A stretch of DNA of 64,000 bases from a virus (lineage: Duplodnaviria; Caudoviricetes): the IMG/VR virus record IMGVR_UViG_3300028887_000070, positions 32,001 through 96,000 of that record. One strand, 5' to 3'. Shown here in pieces: positions 7,737 through 17,319 of the stretch. The notes beneath the pieces were generated by a model. The model did not search any database, had not been told where the DNA came from, and saw nothing but the letters and a program-made list of their open reading frames with translations. Position numbers and translations under genes: made by a program. Numbering within the stretch: the stretch's first letter is position 1; every line of letters begins with the position of its first letter.

Positions 7737-10097
7737 TTAATAGTCATAGTAGAAGTCGTCTTCATCATCGTCATCCACACTACTGTATGGATCATTCATG
7801 TCCTTATAGAACTGGTCTATAGTACCAAGCATACTATACTGATTTGCAGGATCCTCCAACTCTTCTATAGGCTTGTTAAACTTCTGGCTGTATGCCTTTC
7901 TACCTACTGGAGTAGAGAGAATCTTCTGAAGAGCCTCTTGGTCTTCTTGTCTCTGCTGCTCTAACCAGTCCTTATAGAGCATAGTACCATCATCAAGGTC
8001 CTTAAGCTGCTGCTCTACTCTACCATGCATTCCCTCAAGGTCGCTAGAGATATTGATTCCCTCTGTAGCCTCGAAGCTCTGAAAGATAGGCTCTTCAGCT
8101 TCATGCTGTTCAGTCTGGAGGTTAGGTATTCTGATACCCCAGTTCTCTGTCACGTTCTTACCGTAGTACAGAGGATAGAGTGAAAGGAGATAAGAGAATA
8201 CTGCGTCATCGTGGCTCTGAGCAGAATGATCGATTCTACCAGTCTTCTTCACCTCAAGGTTCTTCAGCTCTTCATATATGATAGGAGATACGAATTTGTC
8301 CTTATGGTCTTCCATTCTAAGCATGAGAAGATCCATGAGCTGTTCTCTGACTATCTTGGTGTTGTCGAGTCCATAGACTCTAGTAAGTTGTTTCTTACGA
8401 TTGATATGGACTCCGTCATACTTCTCTTCTATAGTCCTCTCCTTTATCTCATAGTAGAGATTGGACTTTATCTTAGACTTGAGAAGCTTTGCTAGTACAC
8501 CTGTACCTACACCGTTACGCTCGACTACTACCAGAGCATTTGGTATCCAGTTAGTTACCACATCATAGATGACTCTAGCGAAGTCGATAGTGGAGATATA
8601 GTTACAGTTGAAGTCTGCCATAAGCTTAGACGTTGTAGAGTCTGTTATACTCATAGCAGATGAGTCCTTATTGTAACCAGCAGCAACGTCACATCCAACG
8701 ATAGGAGCAATACCTGGTCTGAGCTCTTCGTATACATTGAGAAGGAATGCTCCGACATAGACTTGCTTCTTAGGCTGCTTAACGAATCTACCAACGATAT
8801 CGAGCTGCTCTTTAGTGAACGGTGAGTTCTCTGCAGACATAGCCCACTCGAGAAGGAACTCTCGACGGATGTCTGTCCATTTGTACTCTTGTTCACGGCA
8901 ACGATCTTTGAACCACTCTTCTGAATAACCAAGCTGTTGATAAGTAGTCTTGATATGTACGAAGATACTCTTCTCGTTGGAGTTGAGTATATTAGTAAGC
9001 TCTTGAAGTGAAAGGTCATACCAGAGTTCAGAGAACGGAGTCATATTGCTTCTCATATCATACATATACTTACCGAACTCATCAGAGATAAATCCAGGTG
9101 TAGATGTCAGACAGAGACCATGAGGAGCTCCATTATCACGACAGTTTCTGAAGGCTCTAGTCATGGCAGGCATTGCATTAGAGAGCGACTCTCCAAGGAA
9201 TGGGAAGAACGCAGACTCGTCGAGCCAACAGTTAGTGATAGTACGACCTCTGAGGAGGGAGATAGCAGCAGTCTTAGAGGTTGCTCTAGCGAGTGCTTCT
9301 ATCTTGTTGAAGTTGATTGGGTGCTGTACATAAGATACAGTATTACGGGCCTTGAGCTTCTTACCATTCTGGCCAAATGCCTGATCGAATCTAAGGTAAG
9401 ATGGCAGAGCCTGTATAATCTTCTTCATATCATCAAGGTTTCTCTTAGCATCGTCCAGCTTCTTGTTAAGGAAGACCATGTTAGCGTTTCGAGAACCGAA
9501 GTTGTATACCCATGAATACCATACTTCACATCCTACAGTTTTACCAGTCTGACGAGGCTGCTCATGGTACACATTAAGAGACAGCGTAAAGCAGAAGTTA
9601 AGGGCTAGATTTCCTCTGTCAAGTTTATACCTGACGTAGGGTCCACCCTGGCTCTGTACTCTAACGACTTCTCTGATGTAGTAGAAGAAGTTACGTTGAC
9701 ACTCTATGAAGATCTTCTGCTTCATGAACAGAGGAAGCTTAGGATCATAGGGATCTACATTAGCAAGATCCTTATCAAAGAGTATAAGGAAGAACTTATT
9801 GTTCTTGATTCCTATAGCTTTCAGATAGTAGTGCATATCCAGAAAGCTTTGGTTCTTAGTATTCATCTGAAAGTAGACAGTAGACCTTTGTCCCGTAAGA
9901 GGATCAGTCATCACATTCTTGTTCTGACTAGGAGGTACAAAGGGTATAGTCTTTTTAGCTTTCATTTGTGATGGATCAATGTATTGATTAGTCTGAACTG
10001 TTCCATCGTAGAAGATCTCTGACTGATTAGAACCAGTATAAGTACGGTCTTCTTTAGCAGTCTCTTCTTCAAGAACGAGTTCGATTGTACTTGCCAT
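7737..10097 (-). CDS. terL: Terminase large subunit
   Basis: Walker A PRQTGKT, Walker B WLDES, TSTP coupling motif, RNase H-like nuclease IVGCDVAAG...DSS...VERN...HDD. RBS supports the start at 10097; late promoter at 10158-10169. Confidence 0.93.
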   Translation of the reverse strand: MASTIELVLEEETAKEDRTYTGSNQSEIFYDGTVQTNQYIDPSQMKAKKTIPFVPPSQNKNVMTDPLTGQRSTVYFQMNTKNQSFLDMHYYLKAIGIKNNKFFLILFDKDLANVDPYDPKLPLFMKQKIFIECQRNFFYYIREVVRVQSQGGPYVRYKLDRGNLALNFCFTLSLNVYHEQPRQTGKTVGCEVWYSWVYNFGSRNANMVFLNKKLDDAKRNLDDMKKIIQALPSYLRFDQAFGQNGKKLKARNTVSYVQHPINFNKIEALARATSKTAAISLLRGRTITNCWLDESAFFPFLGESLSNAMPAMTRAFRNCRDNGAPHGLCLTSTPGFISDEFGKYMYDMRSNMTPFSELWYDLSLQELTNILNSNEKSIFVHIKTTYQQLGYSEEWFKDRCREQEYKWTDIRREFLLEWAMSAENSPFTKEQLDIVGRFVKQPKKQVYVGAFLLNVYEELRPGIAPIVGCDVAAGYNKDSSAMSITDSTTSKLMADFNCNYISTIDFARVIYDVVTNWIPNALVVVERNGVGTGVLAKLLKSKIKSNLYYEIKERTIEEKYDGVHINRKKQLTRVYGLDNTKIVREQLMDLLMLRMEDHKDKFVSPIIYEELKNLEVKKTGRIDHSAQSHDDAVFSYLLSLYPLYYGKNVTENWGIRIPNLQTEQHEAEEPIFQSFEATEGINISSDLEGMHGRVEQQLKDLDDGTMLYKDWLEQQRQEDQEALQKILSTPVGRKAYSQKFNKPIEELEDPANQYSMLGTIDQFYKDMNDPYSSVDDDDEDDFYYDY

Positions 10098-10175
10098 AAT
10101 AACACCTCTTTCTGTAGTTTGATACAGTGTAATGAGTGGGCTCTCAATAGCCCTCTTTACGGAGATGTTCGACAA

Positions 10176-10371
10176 GAAAAAATAACCTCTTAGAAGAGGA
10201 GTATCAGCGATATGCTATGTGGAGTAGGAACCACATATGTGCCGCATATCGCTGGATACTGAGTGACGACCAAGTCGCCACGGAAAGGAGACTACAGGTC
10301 ATTTGGAAACCTGCAGATAGACATAGTTTTTAACTGCTTCATCTACCTTGTGCCTCGGCAGAGAAGTTGTC
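10176..10371 (-). ncRNA. Highly structured 3' UTR / candidate ncRNA
   Basis: Nested stems agcgatatgc/gcatatcgct, tatgtgg/ccacata, gtgacgac/gtcgccac and caggt/acctg, ending in a U-tract on the minus strand. Confidence 0.45.
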
Positions 10372-10905
10372 TTAGAATTCTTCTTTAAAGAATACTGATG
10401 CGTTTTCGGTAGCAACGGATAGTGATGCTATATCTCCATTGTAGTTATATACACGGAGATCGAATCTAGCGTCCGCAAGGTATGATGCCATACCGTAGAG
10501 CAGCACTGCTGCTCTTTTATTGAATCTTTTATTCTGCCATACAGTGTTTAAAAGATAGTCTTCAAAGACGACATCTTCCCACTTTATAACATTAAGCCAT
10601 TCGCAGTCAGTTGGTCTAACAGTGCCGAGCCACTCGATAAGATTATCTACTTCAGCCCAGCTTACGATATATGCTAAAGCGGAAAGCGCATTGTATGGGT
10701 CTGTGTGTTTCACTGCTTCTACAAAGGCTACTACAGCCTTGCAGAACTTTCTGGAATCCAGAATACTATCAGTATCTGGTACTCCAGCGACCAGGATATC
10801 ACCATATTCATTTTGGGTGACGAACAGTTCTGCAATCTTATTGCAGATCTCTTCAGTCGAATATGTGCATCCAGATTCAACCTTGTTGTTAATGTTAGCT
10901 TTCAT
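10372..10905 (-). CDS. Hypothetical early protein flanked by structured RNA
   Basis: 177-aa ORF with no adjacent SD; the nearest AAAGGAG is ~55 nt upstream across a hairpin. Confidence 0.65.
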   Translation of the reverse strand: MKANINNKVESGCTYSTEEICNKIAELFVTQNEYGDILVAGVPDTDSILDSRKFCKAVVAFVEAVKHTDPYNALSALAYIVSWAEVDNLIEWLGTVRPTDCEWLNVIKWEDVVFEDYLLNTVWQNKRFNKRAAVLLYGMASYLADARFDLRVYNYNGDIASLSVATENASVFFKEEF

Positions 10906-11092
10906 AATGTATGCTCAGTAGGTGCTACACGCTTGACGGGCGACAAGCTGAGCGAATATAGTCTCCTTTGGAGACATCCTTTACAGGATACACCCTTTGT
11001 TACCTGCTGCATGAGATCCCGTTCTCCTTGCGGGACCATAGATAATTTACAGCTAGGTGCATGAAGATTCGATCGTGATCCTCATACACCTC
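10906..11092 (-). ncRNA. Structured 5' leader (~185 nt)
   Basis: Several short stems (gctcag/ctgagc, gtctcc/ggagac, atcct/aggat, tcccg/cggga, aggtgcatga/tcatacacct) downstream of early promoter 11094-11103. Confidence 0.45.
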
Positions 11093-11188
11093 AATGATAT
11101 ACAACCCATATAGCTAACTTTTACGATACCCCCTACATATATATAATCAGTGCCTACATGGACACTTAAAACAAAGGAGGACACACAT

Positions 11189-12016
11189 ATGCCACTTGGT
11201 AACAACTCATACAACAAGGGTAACTCAAACGGAAAGAAGAACGACTTCTCTCCTACAACCTACTCAAACATAAGGATCTCTAACTACAACTCTACTGTAG
11301 ATCCTACATCAGTCTCCTTCGCATTCTGGAAGGGAATGCTTAGGATATCAATCACACCTATCAAGAAGAGTGCAGACGGAGGTTACAACTTCGACAAGGA
11401 CAACTCTATAGAAGTATACCTCACTCCCACCAGAGCTGCTCTCTTCCTCAACTATCTCAAGCAGTTCAGAAAGGACCCCAATGCATACATTAACTTAGGT
11501 GTTACTTCAGGTAATGCTATCATCTATGTAACAAACGGTGCAGAGGAGTTCGAAGGACAGGACGGAAACGGAATCTTTCTTATTGTAAAGAGTCTTGACG
11601 AGAAGGGTAACATCGACTCTGAGATTGCTTACCAGTTCAAGACTACACCTGATAAGGATAACTTTGGTATCATCAACTACAAGGGCGGTACAGACTTCAC
11701 TAAGGACTATGAGTACACAAAGTTCCTTGACTATGATATCTTCACCAACTCAATAGCTCAGTACGTTAATAGCAATAGCAGTGCAGTTGCAGCTACAGTT
11801 GTTGACGCTACTAGATTCTCATTCAACAGTATCATCGGCAAACTGACAAGCATTCAGGAGAACCTCGGTATCGATACTGGAAGTGGATACAAGAGAAAGT
11901 CGAACGCATCAGCATTCTTCTCAAATAACGGCAATGAGTCTACATCATCTTCAACTGTTCATAATAGTGATAAGATTGAAGAAGTGGACGACTACCAGGA
12001 TCTCATAGACATGTAA
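11189..12016 (+). CDS. Putative single-stranded DNA-binding protein
   Basis: Beta-rich core, Ser/Asn linker, acidic C-terminal tail (EEVDDYQDLIDM), early promoter 11138-11147, heads the chaperonin operon. The function is inference. Confidence 0.4.
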   Translation: MPLGNNSYNKGNSNGKKNDFSPTTYSNIRISNYNSTVDPTSVSFAFWKGMLRISITPIKKSADGGYNFDKDNSIEVYLTPTRAALFLNYLKQFRKDPNAYINLGVTSGNAIIYVTNGAEEFEGQDGNGIFLIVKSLDEKGNIDSEIAYQFKTTPDKDNFGIINYKGGTDFTKDYEYTKFLDYDIFTNSIAQYVNSNSSAVAATVVDATRFSFNSIIGKLTSIQENLGIDTGSGYKRKSNASAFFSNNGNESTSSSTVHNSDKIEEVDDYQDLIDM

Positions 12017-12071
12017 TAGCGATAGGGATGTGAAAACATCCCTATCTTTCTCTTTGAAAGGAGATAATACT

Positions 12072-12767
12072 ATGGATAATAAAGCTCAGCAACAGAAGAT
12101 CACTAGTATGGCGATAGACGCTAAGTGTATACTTGACTACGACCTTACTATCATGAAGATCTTCCAATACAATTACAATCATCCAGACTATGTAGACCAA
12201 AAGGTTATGCACTATTCACTTGCTCAACTTAGGAATGCTCTGGTGAAGCGTAAAGACACTAATCCGCTGACTATATGTATTCCCGAAGGTGTTATGACTA
12301 GAGAGAATCTTGAACAGATTCTTATGGATATCTATAAGAACAATGAATACGACATCTACAAGTATATCACTGTTACTGGAACTAGTAAGCTTATCTATAT
12401 GATGAACGATCATAGTTCGTTTGATGTAACTGTAGTATGTAAAGATGAAACTGAGAAGGGTCTGATAGAAGGACGCACCAAGTCATTTAAGACTGTAATC
12501 GGCTACGACTCCATAGACCCCAAAGACTTCAATAGCTTCATGTTTAAGGACGTCAGAGATGTCTTCGCTCTTCCCTATAAGCTTGAGAAGAAGACTCTGT
12601 TCTTCCAGAACTATGAGTTCAACATCACCCGTGATACCGATGGAACTCCTGTTCTTAATGCTGAGTATGGAATGGCTCTAGTTAGTGCGGATAACTACCC
12701 TATACTTGTAGAGGTATACGACCACAATACTCTCGAATCTCTTTCTAAAGAGAGAACTAGTCAATAA
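12072..12767 (+). CDS. Hypothetical protein, possibly degenerate HAD-like fold
   Basis: GAAAGGAG RBS; N-terminal hhD...D.D pattern (AIDAKCILDYD). Confidence 0.6.
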   Translation: MDNKAQQQKITSMAIDAKCILDYDLTIMKIFQYNYNHPDYVDQKVMHYSLAQLRNALVKRKDTNPLTICIPEGVMTRENLEQILMDIYKNNEYDIYKYITVTGTSKLIYMMNDHSSFDVTVVCKDETEKGLIEGRTKSFKTVIGYDSIDPKDFNSFMFKDVRDVFALPYKLEKKTLFFQNYEFNITRDTDGTPVLNAEYGMALVSADNYPILVEVYDHNTLESLSKERTSQ

Positions 12768-12788
12768 TCAATCAAAGGAGGAAACACC

Positions 12789-14519
12789 ATGACAAGTAAT
12801 ATAGTCAAGAAGGATGTCCTTAGAAGAGTTCAGCTCGAAACACTTGAAGCTCTCTATGAATATCTTTCTCAGTCATTCGGACCTTATGGTTCAAACACCA
12901 TTCAGTACAAGAAAGAAGGCTATCCTCGTTATACTAAGGATGGTCATACAATTCTTAAGTCAATCATGTTCGGTGGAGAGATCGAACAGGCAGTTCTTGC
13001 TGATATAGAAGAGGAAACAAGAGCACAGGCTAAGAGAGTCGGCGACTCTACAACCTCTGTTACTATCCTTTCATATCTTATATTCAAGAAGCTCACTGAG
13101 AGAATCGAGGATCAGTTCACAAAGACTCCTCCTGCAGATATCGTAAGAGCTCTTAAGGAAGTAGTAGATGCTGCATCTGCTATTATCAAGAATCACGGTA
13201 GAGAGGTTACTCTTGAGGATATCCGTAAGATATCACTCATTTCCACAAACAACGACGAGAAGCTTGCTGAAGAGATCGTTAAGGTTCATGAGGACCTTGG
13301 TCTTAATGCATACATTGACGTTATGGCTGGCTCTGGAGAAGAGTTCGTTCGTAAGACATACGATGGCATGTTCTTCGATTGCGGTTACCACGATGCTTGC
13401 TTCATCAATATGCCTGACAAGTCTGTAAACAGACTTGATAATCCTCGTATCTACTACTTCGAGGATCCTATCGATACAGTAAGCTACGGTGAGCTGTTTG
13501 ATACAATCATTGCTCATAACATCATTAACCCAATCAATGAGATGAACAGTGATCGTCCTAACAACAATGAAGTTCCTCAGATCATTCCTACAGTCATTAT
13601 AGCTCCTAAGATCGTAAGAGACTATGCTCGTACTCTTGAAGTTGTAATGAACTACTGTGCTAAGTTTACTCAGGCTAATCTTCCTAACACTATCCCGCTT
13701 AACATCATCACTGGTGTTACAGATACCGATAAAGTGTACCTGAAGAACATACTCAATCTCTGCGGTGTTCCTACTATCAACAAGTATGACGACGCTAAGG
13801 CTGAGGCAAGAGACCAGAAGAACGGTACTGCTCCTTCAGTTAAGAATGTATGGGAGTGGTACGGTACTGCAGGTTGCGTAGAGTCTGGTGCATTCTCTAC
13901 AAAGCTTATCGATCCTAAGAACTACAAGAACGAAGATGGTTCTTATACAGACGTCTTCAATGCAGTTCTGAACGATCTCGATGCTCGTATCGCTGAGCTT
14001 GAGAAGCAGCACAATGAGACTCTTAAGATCTATCAGTACAAGAAGCAGAGAAACTCTCTCCTTGGTAACATGGTAGAACTCTATGTAGGTGGTATCACTA
14101 TCGCTGACAGAGATCAGGTAAGAGACCTCGTAGAAGACGCTGTACTCAACTGCCGTTCTGCAGTAAATGAGGGCGTCGGCTACGGTGCTAACTTCGAAGG
14201 TCTTAGAGCATTCAAGGCTCTTATGGATGTAACTCTCGGAGAAGGTACTCTTAAAGAAGAGATCATTAAGTGTTTCTACGAAGCATACAAGGAGATCTCT
14301 GAACACCTCTACAGATACATGGATGATCCTGAAGGTAAAGTTATCGAGTCACTTGAACAGGATTGTCCGTTCGATGTAAGAACTGGTGAAAAGGGTGAGA
14401 ATGTTCTCTCCTCTATCGATACTGATATCTGTGTACTCAACAGTATCTCAAAGATCATCTCACTGATGGTTACAGCTAACCAGTTCCAGATGTCTAACCT
14501 CAATATCAATAAGTATTGA
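12789..14519 (+). CDS. groEL: Phage GroEL-like chaperonin (AR9 gp228-like)
   Basis: FGPYG, TKDGHTIL, VGDSTTS, DGMFFDCGY, VGG, VEDAV..C.SA..EGV..GA. Confidence 0.92.
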   Translation: MTSNIVKKDVLRRVQLETLEALYEYLSQSFGPYGSNTIQYKKEGYPRYTKDGHTILKSIMFGGEIEQAVLADIEEETRAQAKRVGDSTTSVTILSYLIFKKLTERIEDQFTKTPPADIVRALKEVVDAASAIIKNHGREVTLEDIRKISLISTNNDEKLAEEIVKVHEDLGLNAYIDVMAGSGEEFVRKTYDGMFFDCGYHDACFINMPDKSVNRLDNPRIYYFEDPIDTVSYGELFDTIIAHNIINPINEMNSDRPNNNEVPQIIPTVIIAPKIVRDYARTLEVVMNYCAKFTQANLPNTIPLNIITGVTDTDKVYLKNILNLCGVPTINKYDDAKAEARDQKNGTAPSVKNVWEWYGTAGCVESGAFSTKLIDPKNYKNEDGSYTDVFNAVLNDLDARIAELEKQHNETLKIYQYKKQRNSLLGNMVELYVGGITIADRDQVRDLVEDAVLNCRSAVNEGVGYGANFEGLRAFKALMDVTLGEGTLKEEIIKCFYEAYKEISEHLYRYMDDPEGKVIESLEQDCPFDVRTGEKGENVLSSIDTDICVLNSISKIISLMVTANQFQMSNLNINKY

Positions 14520-14642
14520 GTGGCATACTCCGACCCATAAGGTACTGATGAGTAGAAACTAGTGTACCTGTACAGATATCCCTCTCTTGGACATGTGTGG
14601 GTATCGTTGGGGTTAGTGTCCTTTCAACACCATTCAAAGAGG

Positions 14643-14670
14643 TGGGTAGGGAGTTCATCTCCCTACCCAT
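14643..14670 (+). terminator. Terminator hairpin after chaperonin
   Basis: tgggtaggga-gttcatc-tccctaccca. Confidence 0.6.
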
Positions 14671-14735
14671 TCTCCCCAATCAAGTCTTACCAAACGCATA
14701 ACTTTACTATAACCGATATAATGGAGGTGTACCGT

Positions 14736-15518
14736 ATGAGTAAACTGAAGCTCACATTCGATGAGTATATTAAGAACCCTTCGGGTAAGGGTTCATCAAT
14801 CAACACTCCTAGAGATACTACCGCCCAGTTCTATCAGACTAAGTATGATGCCCTAGTAGCTAGAGATGGTCTAGTGAAGTATGAGGTCTATAGAACTGCA
14901 TCTGATGTATACTATATCCATTTTCACATTCCGTCAAACTCTACTAAGGGGTTCTGTTATGATACAGTAGTAGAGCTCAACCCAGGTGACACACCTACTA
15001 AGGGAAACCTAAAGACCTATACGGTTAGGTTCTATTCAAATGACCCTAACTTCCACTTCACTCATGCTCATGCTTACTATTCTCATGGTCTAATCATACC
15101 AGAGTTTGAGAAGAAGCTATCACTACAGGTGAAGGCAACCAAAGCAAACACACGTAACCCAGACAATGCAGTAGGATATGTACAGAGTATCTACTTTGCA
15201 TATCTGACAATGCAGAGGGACAATCTATTCGACAAGGGGATCCTCGACAGAAAAGCCACTGCTGGAGGAGCTAATAGATTCGCTAAGAATGTCCCGTCGT
15301 ATAAGGATAAGGATAGAGATAAGAACAAGTTCATTGATGAACAGAAAAGGAAAGTAACTCCTACGGGGAAAGAGGAGCTTAAGCCTAAGGTGGTTTCATC
15401 AAGATTCATTGGTAATGGCCTCTCTCATATACCAGTAGTCTCAAAGATCACCAAGACTTCCAAGTCATCTTCCGCTATAAAGAATACTCGAACCTCTAAG
15501 ACTACAAAGAGGAGATAG
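14736..15518 (+). CDS. Conserved AR9-like hypothetical protein with basic C-tail
   Basis: GGAGG RBS, late promoter 14700-14711; lies between the chaperonin and sigma-like genes. Confidence 0.75.
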   Translation: MSKLKLTFDEYIKNPSGKGSSINTPRDTTAQFYQTKYDALVARDGLVKYEVYRTASDVYYIHFHIPSNSTKGFCYDTVVELNPGDTPTKGNLKTYTVRFYSNDPNFHFTHAHAYYSHGLIIPEFEKKLSLQVKATKANTRNPDNAVGYVQSIYFAYLTMQRDNLFDKGILDRKATAGGANRFAKNVPSYKDKDRDKNKFIDEQKRKVTPTGKEELKPKVVSSRFIGNGLSHIPVVSKITKTSKSSSAIKNTRTSKTTKRR

Positions 15519-15580
15519 ATTATATACTATAGATGAGTCCAGAGCATCACTATACCGCTCTGGTTAAGGAGGATATACAT

Positions 15581-17260
15581 ATGATACAATCAAACACCAC
15601 CCGCGACTACTACAACTTTCTTTACCCACAAAAGTATGGTGTAGTAGGAATCAACAATGACGAACAAGTTATATACGATCTGTTCAATCAGTACTTCGAA
15701 GTGCCACATTGGGTGGCTATCGATAACTGGATACCAACAGAAGATGACATAGTGTTCTATACAATCAAGAACGCTATAGTTATGCCTACGATCTCTGAGT
15801 TCTTTGGGATGAACCCAGCAGATCCAAACACTATTAACGTAAACTCCTTTATGGTAACGCCTAAGAGGTGTTACAACGGTGACGATCTGCGTCAGCATAT
15901 CTGTCACTATCTCAATTACTTCTGCAGGTTCTATGACCCTGATAAAGAACTTGCAGGCCACTATGTACGTATGAAACGTATGATCGACTTTGGTGTTACT
16001 ACACATGATGGTAAGACATATAAGTATACCAGAGACAACTTCATACTTGACATCCGTCGCTATATACTTGGATCTAGTATGTGTGCTAAGGTACTTAAGA
16101 TGAACGAAGATAACTACTCGCTCAAGCTTAACTACAAGAACAACACAAACCAGGCTCTTCAGTATAATGATACACACGGTAAGATCTTCATGGAGATATC
16201 TGTGTTTATGAACATACTTATCCCTCTCATTAGTCACTTCGTCTATAGGGAAAAGACGACTTCGACCCAGGAGATCGATGAGCTCTTTCAGACAATCTAT
16301 CAGTTCCTCTTTGATCGTTATATGAACACGGTAGATCTGAAAGCTAAGCTGTTTGAGACAGCCAACACTACAATCGCTAGAGACCAGAGAACAAACAAGG
16401 ACCTCTGGGATAAGAGTGAGATTAGAGGTATGGACATCTCTGTCAACTCTCTCGATGCTGTAGACACTCTTGTACTTCAGGTAATGCCTAAGTATAAGTA
16501 TAACCAGAACATGGTTATGTATAACTTCACCTCAATCAGAAATACTGCTATCCAGTATGCTGTTGGAATAGCGTATGAGTATGATTTGGTTCCACTCTCT
16601 TCCTCTAAGAGAGATGGTGAAGATTCCACTTCTCAGTTTGACAAGTTTGAGGCTACACTTGGTAAGGCTGATGAAGCTAAGTTCCTTCATAACACTGCAG
16701 TCGCCTATACTGTTATGAGAAACATTGAAAGTCACTATGGTCCTTTCACACAGGATCAGTTGAACTTCTATAAGATAGAACTCGGAAGAGGAGCTAAACC
16801 CGTCATCAACGCTTTCCAGTATAAGCTCATAACAAACTTCTTCGGTAAGCTGTTTGGTTCTGTTCTTCCTATGAAGACTATCAACCTCGATGAGTATATT
16901 GAACTTATGATATCCGCCAAGAAGATACTGATCAGTCAGAACTTCTGTATTCTTCCAGAAATCATTGCGGGAAGAGTAGTTAAGCTCTCGACTAGAACAG
17001 TTCTCAGTAAGAAGCATGAAGATATGCTTACAAGTAGTGAGCATTGGGCTCAGATAAGACACAAGTATATGGACAATCCAGTGATACTTGCTCGTATCAA
17101 AGCTGACTTTGCTGCTATAATATCTTCAGACTTCCAACTCATTCACTATGACCAAGAAACAAGAAAAGGCGATCAGTTCAACGGATTGCCAATCATTATC
17201 AACTCTGCTATAACATACAGTATTGTAGAAGAGTTCTTACTGTTTGAACTTATGACATAA
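15581..17260 (+). CDS. Non-virion RNAP promoter-specificity (sigma-like) subunit, AR9 gp226 / phiKZ gp68 homologue
   Basis: Blocks resemble recalled AR9 gp226 (KRCY; NY.L.LN...LQ..D...KI....V.M.ILIP....F; SQ.DK.E..L.K.D; IN..Q..L; NF.ILPEI; EE.L). It lies two genes from the chaperonin, as gp226/gp228 do in AR9. Early promoter 15521-15530. Confidence 0.8.
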   Translation: MIQSNTTRDYYNFLYPQKYGVVGINNDEQVIYDLFNQYFEVPHWVAIDNWIPTEDDIVFYTIKNAIVMPTISEFFGMNPADPNTINVNSFMVTPKRCYNGDDLRQHICHYLNYFCRFYDPDKELAGHYVRMKRMIDFGVTTHDGKTYKYTRDNFILDIRRYILGSSMCAKVLKMNEDNYSLKLNYKNNTNQALQYNDTHGKIFMEISVFMNILIPLISHFVYREKTTSTQEIDELFQTIYQFLFDRYMNTVDLKAKLFETANTTIARDQRTNKDLWDKSEIRGMDISVNSLDAVDTLVLQVMPKYKYNQNMVMYNFTSIRNTAIQYAVGIAYEYDLVPLSSSKRDGEDSTSQFDKFEATLGKADEAKFLHNTAVAYTVMRNIESHYGPFTQDQLNFYKIELGRGAKPVINAFQYKLITNFFGKLFGSVLPMKTINLDEYIELMISAKKILISQNFCILPEIIAGRVVKLSTRTVLSKKHEDMLTSSEHWAQIRHKYMDNPVILARIKADFAAIISSDFQLIHYDQETRKGDQFNGLPIIINSAITYSIVEEFLLFELMT

Positions 17261-17319
17261 GTAAATCATGGACAGAGAGATCTTCTCTCTGTCCTTTATT
17301 GCATAAAGGAGGGCTCAGA

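Noticed and set aside
14541-14568. CTGATGA-gta-GAAA resembling a hammerhead ribozyme core downstream of the chaperonin
   Set aside because: Stem II is essentially absent and there is no proper stem III/NUH cleavage triplet. It is better explained as the loop of a ggtac/gtacc hairpin.
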